Assembly: GCA_036517395.1 (NCBI GenBank)
Contig: DATDWN010000013.1
Coordinates: 2,191-66,190 of the forward strand
Origin: Minisyncoccota bacterium
GTDB lineage: Bacteria > Patescibacteriota > Minisyncoccia > Phycocordibacterales > DATDWN01
Direction of reading: 5' to 3'
DNA: 64,000 bases
Shown here: piece by piece, positions 8,408-18,255 of the stretch
How the letters are laid out: each line of letters begins with the position of its first letter
How positions within the stretch are numbered: the stretch's first letter is position 1
Translations under genes and position numbers: made by a program
The notes under the pieces: generated by a model
Told to the model about the DNA's origin: nothing
The model's database searches: none
The model's input: only the letters and a program-made list of their open reading frames with translations

Positions 8408-8869
8408 ATGTCTCAAAAATTTAAAAAGGGTTTCACCCCAGTACCAGAGCGAAGCTCGGTACGGGGTTTCACGCTTATCGAGTTACTTGTGGTTATTGCC
8501 ATCATAGGTATTTTATCTTCCATTGTTTTAGCATCACTTAACTCCGCCAGAGATAAAGCAGGGAATGCTGCTATAAAGGAAGATTTGCACGGACTTCGCA
8601 GTCAGGCGGAAATTTCTTATGACAACAACAATAATAATTATAGTACAGTCTGCGCCAACCAAAATGTTATAAATGCCATAAACAATGCTTTAATAGCGGG
8701 TAGCGATACTGGGACAGTGGCAACAAGATGCAACAATAGCGCAACCGCATGGGCAGCCAATGTAAAGTTGAAGACGGTTGAAGGTACTAGTAATTACTGG
8801 TGTGTGGATAGTACTGGAGTAGGAAAGGGGGAGGCTAATGAACTCGGTGGAGCAACCGTTTGTAGTTAA
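8408..8869 (+). CDS. Type IV pilin / pseudopilin with a class III signal peptide. The leader is extended by a 36-nt in-frame palindromic insertion.
   Basis: The prepilin motif is …KKGF|TLIELLVVIAIIGIL…, interrupted as KKGF-TPVPERSSVRGF-TLIEL. Confidence 0.7.
   Translation: MSQKFKKGFTPVPERSSVRGFTLIELLVVIAIIGILSSIVLASLNSARDKAGNAAIKEDLHGLRSQAEISYDNNNNNYSTVCANQNVINAINNALIAGSDTGTVATRCNNSATAWAANVKLKTVEGTSNYWCVDSTGVGKGEANELGGATVCS
8436..8466. repeat. Family-3 palindromic hairpin element (cccagtaccagagc-GAA-gctcggtacgggg) inserted in the pilin leader and flanked by a 9-bp direct repeat (gggtttcac)
   Basis: Related copies lie at 43452-43482 and 56655-56685. The core AGAGC-GAA-GCTC is shared with 40788-40815 and 55369-55394. 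Confidence 0.7.
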
Positions 8870-8889
8870 TATTTTTATCTGCGACGAGA

Positions 8890-8932
8890 GAGGAGCGCGT
8901 GAATGTGTAATCACATTCACAGCGTCCGAACG
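8890..8932 (+). ncRNA. Conserved structured motif family 2, copy B; followed by GC-rich nested hairpins at 8940-8998
   Basis: gaggagcgcgtgaatgtgtaatcacattcacagcgtccgaacg. The 9-bp perfect hairpin gtgaatgtg-taat-cacattcac replaces the gggagag-taat-ctctcac hairpin of copy A. Confidence 0.4.
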
Positions 8933-9084
8933 AGGAGTAGCAATGGTAAAACCCCGCCCCTCTGGGGCGGAACAGGGGTCCAGGGCTTGCCCTGGGGTTT
9001 CATACCATTGATAGACTAAATCTGAACAAAATAAACCCTATTGTTAGAGTTTATTTTGTTTTTATTGTATAATGCAGTGAAATT

Positions 9085-10932
9085 ATGGATCCCAATGCCA
9101 TCACATATTTTGCTGAGACGGACGCCAGGAATAAGAAGATAAAATTTGGCATAAAGGCCAAGGATCGCTTGAAGCACGTCTACGTAATAGGCAAGACGGG
9201 TATGGGCAAATCGACCCTCCTCGAGAACATGGCTATTCAGGATATTCAGAACGGAAACGGCATAGCCTTCGTCGACCCTCACGGAGGAACAGCTGAGAAA
9301 CTGCTCGATTATGTTCCAGAAAGCCGCGTAAAAGATGTGCTTTATTTTGCCCCGTTTGATTTGGAGTACCCCATATCTTTTAACCTCATCGAGGACATTG
9401 GGGCTGACAAAAGACACCTTGTGGTAAATGGCCTGATGTCCACATTTGAGAAAATCTGGGTCGACGCTTGGTCGGCTCGTATGGCATATATTTTGAACAA
9501 CTCGCTTCTGGCTCTTCTGGAATATCCCGGATCGACACTCCTCGGCGTCAACCGAATGCTCTCTGATAAAGACTATAGGAAAAAAGTGGTGGACAATGTC
9601 AAAGATCCATCGGTAAAATCCTTCTGGGTGGATGAGTTTGCAAAATATACTGAGAGATTTGCCGCAGAGGCAACTCCGGCTATTCAAAACAAAGTAGGAC
9701 AGTTCACCTCGAACCCTCTCGTTCGAAATATAATAGGTCAGCCGAAATCATCTTTTGACTTGCGCGAGATAATGGATAAGAAAAAGATTCTCATCGTCAA
9801 TCTCTCCAAAGGTCGCGTTGGTGAGGGCAATGCAAACCTCATCGGTTCGATGCTCATAACCAAAATATATCTAGCAGCTATGTCGCGCGCGGATTCCTCC
9901 GAGTCACAGCTGGCCAACCTGCCAAACTTTTATCTCTATGTGGACGAGTTCCAGTCTTTCGCAAACAAATCATTTGCCGATATTTTGTCCGAGGCCAGAA
10001 AATACAAACTGAACTTGACTATTGCTCACCAATACATAGAGCAGATGGAAGAAGAAGTGAGAGACGCTGTTTTTGGTAACGTCGGTACGATGATTACTTT
10101 CCGAGTCGGTGCTTTTGATTCTGAAGTTTTGGAGAAAGAGTTTGCGCCGACTTTTGAAGCGGTGGATCTGGTTGGTTTGGGTTTCGCTCAGGTTTATTTG
10201 AAGCTTATGATAGACGGTGTTTCTTCCCAGCCTTTCTCAGCCACTACCTTGGGTCCTATTGCAAAGCCAGATATTAGCTTCAAGGATGCTGTTATCACAT
10301 CATCTCGTGAGCAGTTTGGCCATCCTCGGGCGCAGGTGGAAAAGGAAATAGTGGATTGGCATGATTTGGGTACTGCAAGAGAAGTTAGGGACGGAAGTGC
10401 AGGGAGACCAAGGCCCGCCCTCCCTCCCGAGGAGGGAGTAGGCGGGGATAATCAAAATGTAAAACAGGTGGGAGAAAGACCGGAAGTACAGTTCAGAAAC
10501 GAAGTACAAAAAGAAGATCCTGAGGCCACCAAAAAAGCTTTCATGCAAGCTGCAGAGGAGTTGCGCAAAAAGGAGGGTGAGGAGAGACAGTCCCAGCACC
10601 GGAGTGTCCCAGCTAGCAGAGCCGCAGTACCAGAGCAGAGCTTGATACACGGCAAGCAGTACGATATGAGGCAGGAAAGGCTAAAAGATAATTTCAATAA
10701 ATCAGGAAACACTGTTTCTCTCTCAAGCCTGAAATCAGACAAGGACAAAAAAAATCCAACAAGAGAAAATATGTCCAGTTTAAAGGCGGCCCTTTCTAGT
10801 GTTATAAGTAAACCAAGAGAAAATCCTCAGAAGACGGAAATACAAACCAAATACAAGCCACAACCGCGACAATCAGAAAAGGTCTCCACAAAAGAAGTGC
10901 CAGAAGATGTCCTGCGCAATTTACTGAAATGA
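9085..10932 (+). CDS. P-loop ATPase of the TraD/VirD4 type-IV coupling protein-like (TrwB_AAD_bind / DUF87) family with a disordered charged C-terminal tail
   Basis: Walker A VIGKTGMGKST, Walker B LYVDEFQ, and a TIAHQ motif. Confidence 0.45.
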   Translation: MDPNAITYFAETDARNKKIKFGIKAKDRLKHVYVIGKTGMGKSTLLENMAIQDIQNGNGIAFVDPHGGTAEKLLDYVPESRVKDVLYFAPFDLEYPISFNLIEDIGADKRHLVVNGLMSTFEKIWVDAWSARMAYILNNSLLALLEYPGSTLLGVNRMLSDKDYRKKVVDNVKDPSVKSFWVDEFAKYTERFAAEATPAIQNKVGQFTSNPLVRNIIGQPKSSFDLREIMDKKKILIVNLSKGRVGEGNANLIGSMLITKIYLAAMSRADSSESQLANLPNFYLYVDEFQSFANKSFADILSEARKYKLNLTIAHQYIEQMEEEVRDAVFGNVGTMITFRVGAFDSEVLEKEFAPTFEAVDLVGLGFAQVYLKLMIDGVSSQPFSATTLGPIAKPDISFKDAVITSSREQFGHPRAQVEKEIVDWHDLGTAREVRDGSAGRPRPALPPEEGVGGDNQNVKQVGERPEVQFRNEVQKEDPEATKKAFMQAAEELRKKEGEERQSQHRSVPASRAAVPEQSLIHGKQYDMRQERLKDNFNKSGNTVSLSSLKSDKDKKNPTRENMSSLKAALSSVISKPRENPQKTEIQTKYKPQPRQSEKVSTKEVPEDVLRNLLK

Positions 10933-12125
10933 AGAAGATTCTTATTTTTTCTACAGCTTACTATCCTTTTGTTGGAGGCGCAGAAGTGGCAGTTAAAGAA
11001 ATTACCGACAGACTTGGGTCTCCTTCGATGAACTCAGGACAAGTAGATTTTGAGTTTGATTTGATAACGGCCAGATTAAGAAAAGATTTACCTGACCTTG
11101 AGAAAATCGGTGCTGTAAATGTTTATAGGATTGGGTCTGGAAAACCAACATTGGATAAACTACTACTCCCATTTCGTGGGGCTTTAAAAGCTTGGCAATT
11201 GAACAAAAAACAAAATTATTTCTGCTTTTGGGCCATTATGGCTTCGTTCAGTAGTGGGGCGGGGTATATCTGTAACATCCTAAGATTTATCTCTGGTAAG
11301 AACAAGATACCAATAGTTTTATCTCTACAAGAAGGCGATTCTGAAAATTATTTGAAGTATAAATGGGGTGGACTGGTAGCTCTATCATGGCGATTGTCGC
11401 TCTGGCAAACGGACCATCTGACCGCCTTAAGTAACTTTTTATTGAAGCGAGCCGAGAAAAATGGTTACAAAGGTGAAACCACTCTTGTTCCAAACGGAGT
11501 TGATATTCCTTTTTTCTCACAGATAATAAAAGAAGAGACGAAACAAGAACTACGAAATCGCTCGGGTAAAAAAACGGGGGATATTTTTTTGGTTACATCT
11601 GGCAGATTAACGCAAAAAAATGCAGTAGACAGCATCATTTCTTCTCTAACTCATTTAACAGAAAATATTTCTCTCATAATTATAGGCAAGGGAACTGATG
11701 GTAAATTGGATGAAGGTTCACAACTACAAAAACAAGCTCGTGATTTAGGATTAGCAAATAGAGTAAAATTTTTGGGCTTCCTACCTCACGTAGATATGCC
11801 AAAGTATCTTTCTGTCTGCGATATATTTATTCGCCCCAGTCGTTCGGAGGGTTTTGGTAATTCCTTTATTGAAGCCATGGCGGCTAGACTTCCAGTTATT
11901 GCCACACCAGTTGGTGGTATTCCAGACTTTATAGATGACAAAGAAACGGGAGTTTTTTGTTCACCGGATAATCCGCAAAGCATTGCTCAGGCTGTAAAGC
12001 TGATTTTGGAGGATGGTACCCTCCGAGAGAGAATTATAGAAAAAGCCTACGCTCGTGTTGTAGAGCGTTATAGCTGGGATCATGTGGTCCAGGAGATGAA
12101 GGCTGTTTTTGACAAAATGACCTAA
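10929..12125 (+). CDS. Glycosyltransferase family 4
   Basis: GT4 C-terminal signature …FIRPSRSEGFGNSFIEAMAARLPVIATPVGGIPDFI…. Confidence 0.7.
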   Translation: MKKILIFSTAYYPFVGGAEVAVKEITDRLGSPSMNSGQVDFEFDLITARLRKDLPDLEKIGAVNVYRIGSGKPTLDKLLLPFRGALKAWQLNKKQNYFCFWAIMASFSSGAGYICNILRFISGKNKIPIVLSLQEGDSENYLKYKWGGLVALSWRLSLWQTDHLTALSNFLLKRAEKNGYKGETTLVPNGVDIPFFSQIIKEETKQELRNRSGKKTGDIFLVTSGRLTQKNAVDSIISSLTHLTENISLIIIGKGTDGKLDEGSQLQKQARDLGLANRVKFLGFLPHVDMPKYLSVCDIFIRPSRSEGFGNSFIEAMAARLPVIATPVGGIPDFIDDKETGVFCSPDNPQSIAQAVKLILEDGTLRERIIEKAYARVVERYSWDHVVQEMKAVFDKMT

Positions 12126-12146
12126 AAATCTAGAATACACATTGTT

Positions 12147-13151
12147 ATGAAAATCTTTATTATTACAAGTATATATCCACCAGAAATAGGCGGTCCCGCC
12201 GAATATGCCAAGAATCTGGAAGAAGTCTGGCACAATGATGGCAACAGGGTTTCAGTAAAAATTTTTGGCAGGTTTAAGAAATTTCCTTGGGGAATACGTC
12301 ACATCATATTTTTCTTCTATATCCTACCAGCTGTTTCCTCCGCTGATTGTATTTTCGCCTTGGATGCATTTAGTACGGGGGTGGTCCTTGTTGCTTCGAA
12401 ACTCTTTTCTAAGAAAGTGGTTTTTCGTACTGGTGGTGATGTGTTGTGGGAACTCTATGTTAAAAGAACGGGGGATATGGTTACGCTTCCCGACTTTTAC
12501 AAAACACGATTGGACAAATTGTCTGCCAAAGAAAACATAATATTTGGCCTGATGAAGTGGACACTAAAAAATCTTTCCGGTGTGATATGGAGTACAAAAT
12601 GGCAGAGAGATATTTTTATGGAACCCTATGGGCTTCAAAAACAAAAGCATTTTATTGTGGAGAATTATTACGGTCTTAAAGTTCTTCCTCTCCCGCCTCA
12701 AGAAAAAAATTTTGTGGCTTCTGGTCGCAATCACAAGCTTAAAAATATAGAAGCCTTAAAGCGAGTTTTTGAGGATTCAACCGTAAAACAGTTAGGTGCC
12801 ATTTTGGACATCAAGGCAGTTCCACCTTCGGAGTTTTTGGAGAAAATAAGAAATTCATATGCCGTGCTCGTTGCTTCTCTATCTGAAATTAGCCCAAACA
12901 CGATTATTTCAGCAATCAGTGCCGGTAAGCCTTTTATCGTGACAAAAGAGAATGGTCTGTATGAGCGAATCAAGGATGTGGCTTTGTTCGTCGACCCCAA
13001 AAATCCAGAGGATATAAAAGCAAAAATTTTGTGGCTATGTAACCCAGAGAATTATGAAATCCAAAAGGAAAAACTAAGTTCTTGGGATTTTGTCCATAGC
13101 TGGGAGGATATCGCTCGAGAGTATTTGGAAGTTCAGGCTTCAATAAAATAA
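12147..13151 (+). CDS. Glycosyltransferase (GT4-like)
   Basis: N-terminus MKIFIITSIYPPEIGGPAEY typical of GT4. It lies in the glycan cluster. Confidence 0.5.
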   Translation: MKIFIITSIYPPEIGGPAEYAKNLEEVWHNDGNRVSVKIFGRFKKFPWGIRHIIFFFYILPAVSSADCIFALDAFSTGVVLVASKLFSKKVVFRTGGDVLWELYVKRTGDMVTLPDFYKTRLDKLSAKENIIFGLMKWTLKNLSGVIWSTKWQRDIFMEPYGLQKQKHFIVENYYGLKVLPLPPQEKNFVASGRNHKLKNIEALKRVFEDSTVKQLGAILDIKAVPPSEFLEKIRNSYAVLVASLSEISPNTIISAISAGKPFIVTKENGLYERIKDVALFVDPKNPEDIKAKILWLCNPENYEIQKEKLSSWDFVHSWEDIAREYLEVQASIK

Positions 13152-13158
13152 TTTCAAT

Positions 13159-14301
13159 ATGAAAGTCATATCCATCGGCACAGACAGAAAAGTTTTTGAA
13201 GAAGAAAGCCAAGTTTTTGGAAGGAACGTGGAGTATGCTTCTAAAATGGATGAGTTGCATATCGTGGTTTTTACTCTAAAAAGAGAGGGATTGACTGCAA
13301 AGAAGATAGGTAACCTTTATTTATACCCTACAAACTCTTTTTCGGAGTGGCTGTATGTATGGGATGCGTTAAGACTTTCTAAAAATTTGATTTCTCAAAG
13401 GGGACTTTTAAAAAACACTGTTATTTCGACTCAGGATCCCTTTCAGTGCGGATTTGTCGGAGTTAAACTTGCCAAAAGATTTCACTTACCGCTACAAGTT
13501 CAGGTTCACACGGATTTTCTCAGTCCTTATTTTTCAAAATCTTTTTTCAATAAAGTGAGAAAAATAATTGCTTCATACGTCATACCTAGGGCCAGCTCTC
13601 TTCGTGTTGTGGGTGATATGATAAAAAATTCCATAGAGAAAAAATTTTCCAACCTAAAAATTCCCATTAATGTTTTACCTATATTTTTTGATGTGGAGAA
13701 AATGGCTCACTTGTCAACCTCGCAGGTTGACAAGTCGTTAAATTTCCCTCAGCTCAAGTTCACTGTTTTAATGGCTAGTCGTTTAACCAAGGAAAAAAGA
13801 ATTGATGTGGCTCTGTGTGCCTTCAAAAAAGTGCTAGAGAGTTTTCCCTATGCTGGGCTTGTTATTGCCGGAAGCGGTCCGGAAGAAAATAATTTGAAAA
13901 ATCTGACAAAAGAGTTGGGTTTAACTTCCGCTGTTGTTTTTCTGGGTTGGCGAGACGATTTGCTGTCTCTATATAAAAGCGCAAATGTTTTTCTGCTTAC
14001 ATCGGAGTATGAAGGATATGGGATGGTTTTGGTAGAAGCGGCACTTTCCAGTTGTCCTATCATTACGACCAATGTTGGAATTGCTCAAAGTGGTATTTTT
14101 GTAAACGGCGTGAATTCTTTTGTTTGTCCCGTGGGAGATGTAGATGCCATTGCTCGGGCTATCCTAGAGCTTATAACAGACAATGCAAAGAGAGAGTTGT
14201 TCAAATGGAAAATGCAGGATAGTATTAAAGAGAAGATGATTTCCAAGGAAGAATATATGGCTAGTTATATAGCTTTATTGCAAAATTTACTCAGAAAATG
14301 A
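13159..14301 (+). CDS. Glycosyltransferase family 4
   Basis: …LLTSEYEGYGMVLVEAALSSCPIITTNVG…. Confidence 0.65.
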   Translation: MKVISIGTDRKVFEEESQVFGRNVEYASKMDELHIVVFTLKREGLTAKKIGNLYLYPTNSFSEWLYVWDALRLSKNLISQRGLLKNTVISTQDPFQCGFVGVKLAKRFHLPLQVQVHTDFLSPYFSKSFFNKVRKIIASYVIPRASSLRVVGDMIKNSIEKKFSNLKIPINVLPIFFDVEKMAHLSTSQVDKSLNFPQLKFTVLMASRLTKEKRIDVALCAFKKVLESFPYAGLVIAGSGPEENNLKNLTKELGLTSAVVFLGWRDDLLSLYKSANVFLLTSEYEGYGMVLVEAALSSCPIITTNVGIAQSGIFVNGVNSFVCPVGDVDAIARAILELITDNAKRELFKWKMQDSIKEKMISKEEYMASYIALLQNLLRK

Positions 14302-14747
14302 TGGAATATATAAATAATCTTATTTATTACTTTACCAAGCACGTTGTAGTGCGCTACGTTATATCTGGAAGTTTGGCGGGACTAACTACAATACTTGTCC
14401 TCTATATCTTAAACGGTTTCTTAGGTTGGTACTATCTCCTGTCGTCTGTTTTGGCCTATCTCTCGGGTTTCGTTATAAGTTTTTCTCTGCAAAAATTTTG
14501 GACATTTCGAAGTCATGGGGAGGCAACTTCCAAGCAACTGTTCATGTATCTAGGGTCTTCTCTTTTTGGTTTGGTTTTAAATACAATGCTAATGTACATT
14601 TTTGTTGAGCACTTGTTTGTCTCCCTTCCTGTAGTTCTCAAGTTCAGGGTGCTTATTTCTGAATTTGTGGTTGGGCTTTTGGTGGCTTGTGTCACGTTTT
14701 TTATTTCGCGCAATATTATTTTCAAGTATAAAAAACCATCATTATGA
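14298..14747 (+). CDS. GtrA-family polysaccharide-synthesis membrane protein
   Basis: 149 aa with 4 TM helices and a GtrA-like pattern. Translationally coupled to flanking GT genes. Confidence 0.5.
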   Translation: MMEYINNLIYYFTKHVVVRYVISGSLAGLTTILVLYILNGFLGWYYLLSSVLAYLSGFVISFSLQKFWTFRSHGEATSKQLFMYLGSSLFGLVLNTMLMYIFVEHLFVSLPVVLKFRVLISEFVVGLLVACVTFFISRNIIFKYKKPSL

Positions 14748-15766
14748 GACTTCTTATTTTTACACAAAAAGTTGATAGAAACGATTCGGTTCTAGGCTTT
14801 TTTCATAACTGGATAATTGAAATAGCAAAAAAAGTAGAAGAAGTTCAAATTATATGTTTAGAAAAGGGTGAATTCGATTTTCCAAAAAATGCGAAGGTTT
14901 ATTCCTTAGGAAAAGAAAAAGGAGTTTCTAAACTCCGTCGTATAATTAATTTGTATAAGTATTTGTGGATTATCCGAGGGTCGTACGATAAAGTTTTTGT
15001 TCATATGAATGAAGAGTACGTTTGGCTTCTTGGTCTTTACTGGAGAATTATTGGAGTGCCAGTTTATATGTGGAGAAATCATCCCAGAGGGGCATTTCTC
15101 ACTCGCGTTGCTGTTCTTTTTTCTACGAAAGTGTTTTGCACATCCACCTCTTCTTTTACAGCCAGATTTAAAAAAACGGCTATTATGCCTGCCGGCATAG
15201 ATACAAAAATATTTAGGGTGGTTGATGGAGTAGTGAGAAAAAAATACTCAATCTGTATGATTGGTCGCATAAGTCCTGTAAAACACATAGAGCTTGGACT
15301 AGAAGCGTTTGGCAGACTGGTTGCTTCAGGATCTCAAGCCTCTCTTAATATTATCGGTTCGACTGTGGAAAGAGATATTGAGTACTACGACAAACTAAAG
15401 GAATATGTTTTAGAGCATAATTTGTCCAATAGCATCAGTTTTACATCCGCGGTTACCCCTGACAAATTAGCGGAAATCTATAGTAGCTATGAAATATGTC
15501 TCAACCTGACAGAATCGGGCTCTTTTGATAAAACTATCGTCGAGGCGACTGCTTGTGGTTGTATTCCTTTAGTTTCAAATACATCTTTGCGGAGTCTTCT
15601 GCCAGAAGCTTGTATTACAGAAGCAACGTCAGAAGAAATTGCTAAATCCATAGAAAGACTTCTTGATGCTCACAGCCAGATGGAAACAGTAGAAAAGCTA
15701 AAGCCTTTTGTAGAGTCCCAGAGCTTAGATTTGCTAGTCAAGAGACTATTTGAAGAGATGGCATAA
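14744..15766 (+). CDS. Glycosyltransferase (GT1/GT4-like)
   Basis: Rossmann-like GT-B pattern. Overlapping start/stop with neighbours. Confidence 0.45.
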   Translation: MRLLIFTQKVDRNDSVLGFFHNWIIEIAKKVEEVQIICLEKGEFDFPKNAKVYSLGKEKGVSKLRRIINLYKYLWIIRGSYDKVFVHMNEEYVWLLGLYWRIIGVPVYMWRNHPRGAFLTRVAVLFSTKVFCTSTSSFTARFKKTAIMPAGIDTKIFRVVDGVVRKKYSICMIGRISPVKHIELGLEAFGRLVASGSQASLNIIGSTVERDIEYYDKLKEYVLEHNLSNSISFTSAVTPDKLAEIYSSYEICLNLTESGSFDKTIVEATACGCIPLVSNTSLRSLLPEACITEATSEEIAKSIERLLDAHSQMETVEKLKPFVESQSLDLLVKRLFEEMA

Positions 15767-15808
15767 TGGACTTTTTCTGGGCTCAAAAATAGTGTATAGT
15801 GGTATATT

Positions 15809-16756
15809 ATGAATTCCAATACAGAGCTATCTATCGTGGTACCTCTTTTCAATGAAGAAGAAGTTCTGCCTTTGCTTTTATCTGAATTAAGCAAAGTTTG
15901 CGATTCTACAAAAAAAAGCTACGAGATAGTTCTAATTGATGATGGCTCACGCGACAAGACTTGGAGACTTATGCAAGAAGCTTCAGAAAGAAATTCAAAA
16001 ATAAAAGCTGTAAAGTTTTCTCGAAACTTTGGCCATCAGTCTGCTTTCGGCGCAGGTATAAATCTTGCCTCGGGTGACATGGTTATTACTATGGATGGTG
16101 ACTTGCAACATCCTCCACATCTAATTCCGGAGTTTATTAAAAGAGCAGAAGCGGGGAATGACATTGTCATAGGAGAAAGAACCAAAAACGAGCAGAACTC
16201 TCCTTTACGAGAAATAACTGGTACTCTTTTCTACAAATTTTTAAGCGCCATTACAAATCTGGAATTCAAAAATGTTTCTGACTTTGCTCTGTACAAAAGA
16301 TCCGTGGTAGAAACTCTGAAAAGTATGCCGGAAAAGGAGCGATTTCTACGAGGTATGGTTCAATGGGTTGGCTATAAAAAATCCTACGTTCCTTATGTGG
16401 TCGAAAGTCGAAAAGCGGGGAGCGCTAAATACACAGCTAAAAAGTTGTTTGGTCTTATTATGAGCGGTGTAACATCTTTCTCCGCTTTTCCTTTGCGTTT
16501 GGCTTTTTGGGTCGGTTCTTTCGTTTTCGCTTTTAGTATCGTATTTTCCGGATATGTAGTCTGGGACCACTATGCAAATCCAAGTCCATTTCTTGCTGGT
16601 TGGGCTACGCTCGTCATACTGGTTTTGTTTTTTGGCAGTATCCAACTGATAGTTCTTGGTATCGTCGGCGAATATTTGTATAAAATGTTCAATGAAGTGA
16701 AAGGAAGGCCTCCTTATATAGTTTCGGAAACTCGGAATATTAATGATTCCAAATAA
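15809..16756 (+). CDS. GT2 glycosyltransferase, polyprenyl-phosphate sugar transferase type (DPM1/ArnC-like), with C-terminal TM helices
   Basis: LSIVVPLFNEEEVLP…VLIDDGSRD…DGDLQHPP. Confidence 0.7.
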   Translation: MNSNTELSIVVPLFNEEEVLPLLLSELSKVCDSTKKSYEIVLIDDGSRDKTWRLMQEASERNSKIKAVKFSRNFGHQSAFGAGINLASGDMVITMDGDLQHPPHLIPEFIKRAEAGNDIVIGERTKNEQNSPLREITGTLFYKFLSAITNLEFKNVSDFALYKRSVVETLKSMPEKERFLRGMVQWVGYKKSYVPYVVESRKAGSAKYTAKKLFGLIMSGVTSFSAFPLRLAFWVGSFVFAFSIVFSGYVVWDHYANPSPFLAGWATLVILVLFFGSIQLIVLGIVGEYLYKMFNEVKGRPPYIVSETRNINDSK

Positions 16757-17519
16757 TTTATTTATTGTGGCGGATGACTTGGGACTCCACCCATCTCTCA
16801 ATGACGGGATAGTTTTTCTTCTTAAAAATGGCAACATATCTGGCGTCTCTTTAATGCCCAATGGAGAAGCTTTCCAAGACGCCATAGAAAAACTAAAAAC
16901 ACTGGAAAACCCATTAATCGGAGTCCATTTTGTTTTGGTTGAGGAGAAGGCCACTGCTCTGGAAAGACTTTGGAAAAACCATAAAACTTTTTTTCTAAAA
17001 TATATTTTTGGGCTTGTGAAACTGACAGACGTAGAAAAAGAGCTAAGAGTTCAGATGGAAGTCTGTAAACGAGCTGGTGTAAAAATCTCTTTTATAAACA
17101 GCCATCAACATCTACATCTTCTACCAAAAATTATGGACATAGTTGTAAATCTAGCAAAAGAAAATAATATAGATTATATTCGCACCGTTTCCGAGCCATT
17201 TACTATGAAGGGTGGACTGTTTCGAGGATTGGAGTCCCTGTTTTTATCGTTTCTTTCTGCTAAAGCTCGGAGAAAAATAAAAAAAGCTGGGCTCAAAACA
17301 AACGATATTTTCATTGGATTTTTAGGAGCAAGTAATTTACAAAAACAAGACATTGATTTGGCAAATAGTTTGGCAGAAAAATATCCAGAAAAAAATGTAG
17401 AACTAGGTTGTCACCCCGGATTTGAAAACCCTAACCTTATAGAAAAATACAAACAATGGGGGAGATATAATTGGCAAAATGAACTGGAATTACTAAAAAG
17501 AACACAAAACAATGGTTAG
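16743..17519 (+). CDS. YdjC/ChbG-family carbohydrate deacetylase
   Basis: N-terminal FIVADDLGLHPSLNDGIV…GVSLM. Confidence 0.6.
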   Translation: MIPNNLFIVADDLGLHPSLNDGIVFLLKNGNISGVSLMPNGEAFQDAIEKLKTLENPLIGVHFVLVEEKATALERLWKNHKTFFLKYIFGLVKLTDVEKELRVQMEVCKRAGVKISFINSHQHLHLLPKIMDIVVNLAKENNIDYIRTVSEPFTMKGGLFRGLESLFLSFLSAKARRKIKKAGLKTNDIFIGFLGASNLQKQDIDLANSLAEKYPEKNVELGCHPGFENPNLIEKYKQWGRYNWQNELELLKRTQNNG

Positions 17520-18255
17520 CGGAAAAAAAGTTATTGTGGTTATGCCGGCCTATAATGCCCAAAAGACGGTAAAAATAACGCTGGATGCTATTCCTCGGGA
17601 ATTTGTGGACGATGTTATCCTTGTTGATGATGCAAGTAAAGACAGCACGGTAGAAGTGGCTCGAGGCCTAGGGCTTAAAACATTTGTTCATCAAAAAAAT
17701 CTCGGTTACGGCGGTAATCAGAAAACTTGCTACCAAGAGGCTCTGAAACTAGGGGCTGATATTGCTGTTATGGTTCATCCGGATTTTCAATATGATCCTG
17801 TCTTCATTCCGGAAATGGTGCAGCTTTTGGCGAATGATAAAGGAGATGCCGTTTTTGGCTCTCGGATGAAGATTAAAGCTAACGCTTTGAAAGGGGGGAT
17901 GCCTTATTGGAAGTTTGTTGCCAATATATTTTTAACTATGATAGAAAATATTATTCTGGACAATCATCTAACAGAGTATCATTCCGGATTTCGAGCTTAT
18001 AATAAAAAAGTGATGCAACTGCCGCTCAACCTAAATTCCGATAACTTCGTCTTTGATACAGAGATCATTGTTCAGATGAAAATAGCTGGTCTCCGGATAA
18101 AGGAAATTCCCATATCAACTAAATATTTTCCCGAAGCCTCCCAGATTCGTTTATGGAAGAGTATTGAATATGGTCTGTCGATACTAAATGTTATGAGAAA
18201 GTATATATTTTGGAAATATGGGATAAGAAGTTACAAACAGTTTGAAATTAATTAG
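17512..18255 (+). CDS. GT2 glycosyltransferase
   Basis: VVMPAYNAQKTVK…VDDASKDST. Confidence 0.65.
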   Translation: MVSGKKVIVVMPAYNAQKTVKITLDAIPREFVDDVILVDDASKDSTVEVARGLGLKTFVHQKNLGYGGNQKTCYQEALKLGADIAVMVHPDFQYDPVFIPEMVQLLANDKGDAVFGSRMKIKANALKGGMPYWKFVANIFLTMIENIILDNHLTEYHSGFRAYNKKVMQLPLNLNSDNFVFDTEIIVQMKIAGLRIKEIPISTKYFPEASQIRLWKSIEYGLSILNVMRKYIFWKYGIRSYKQFEIN

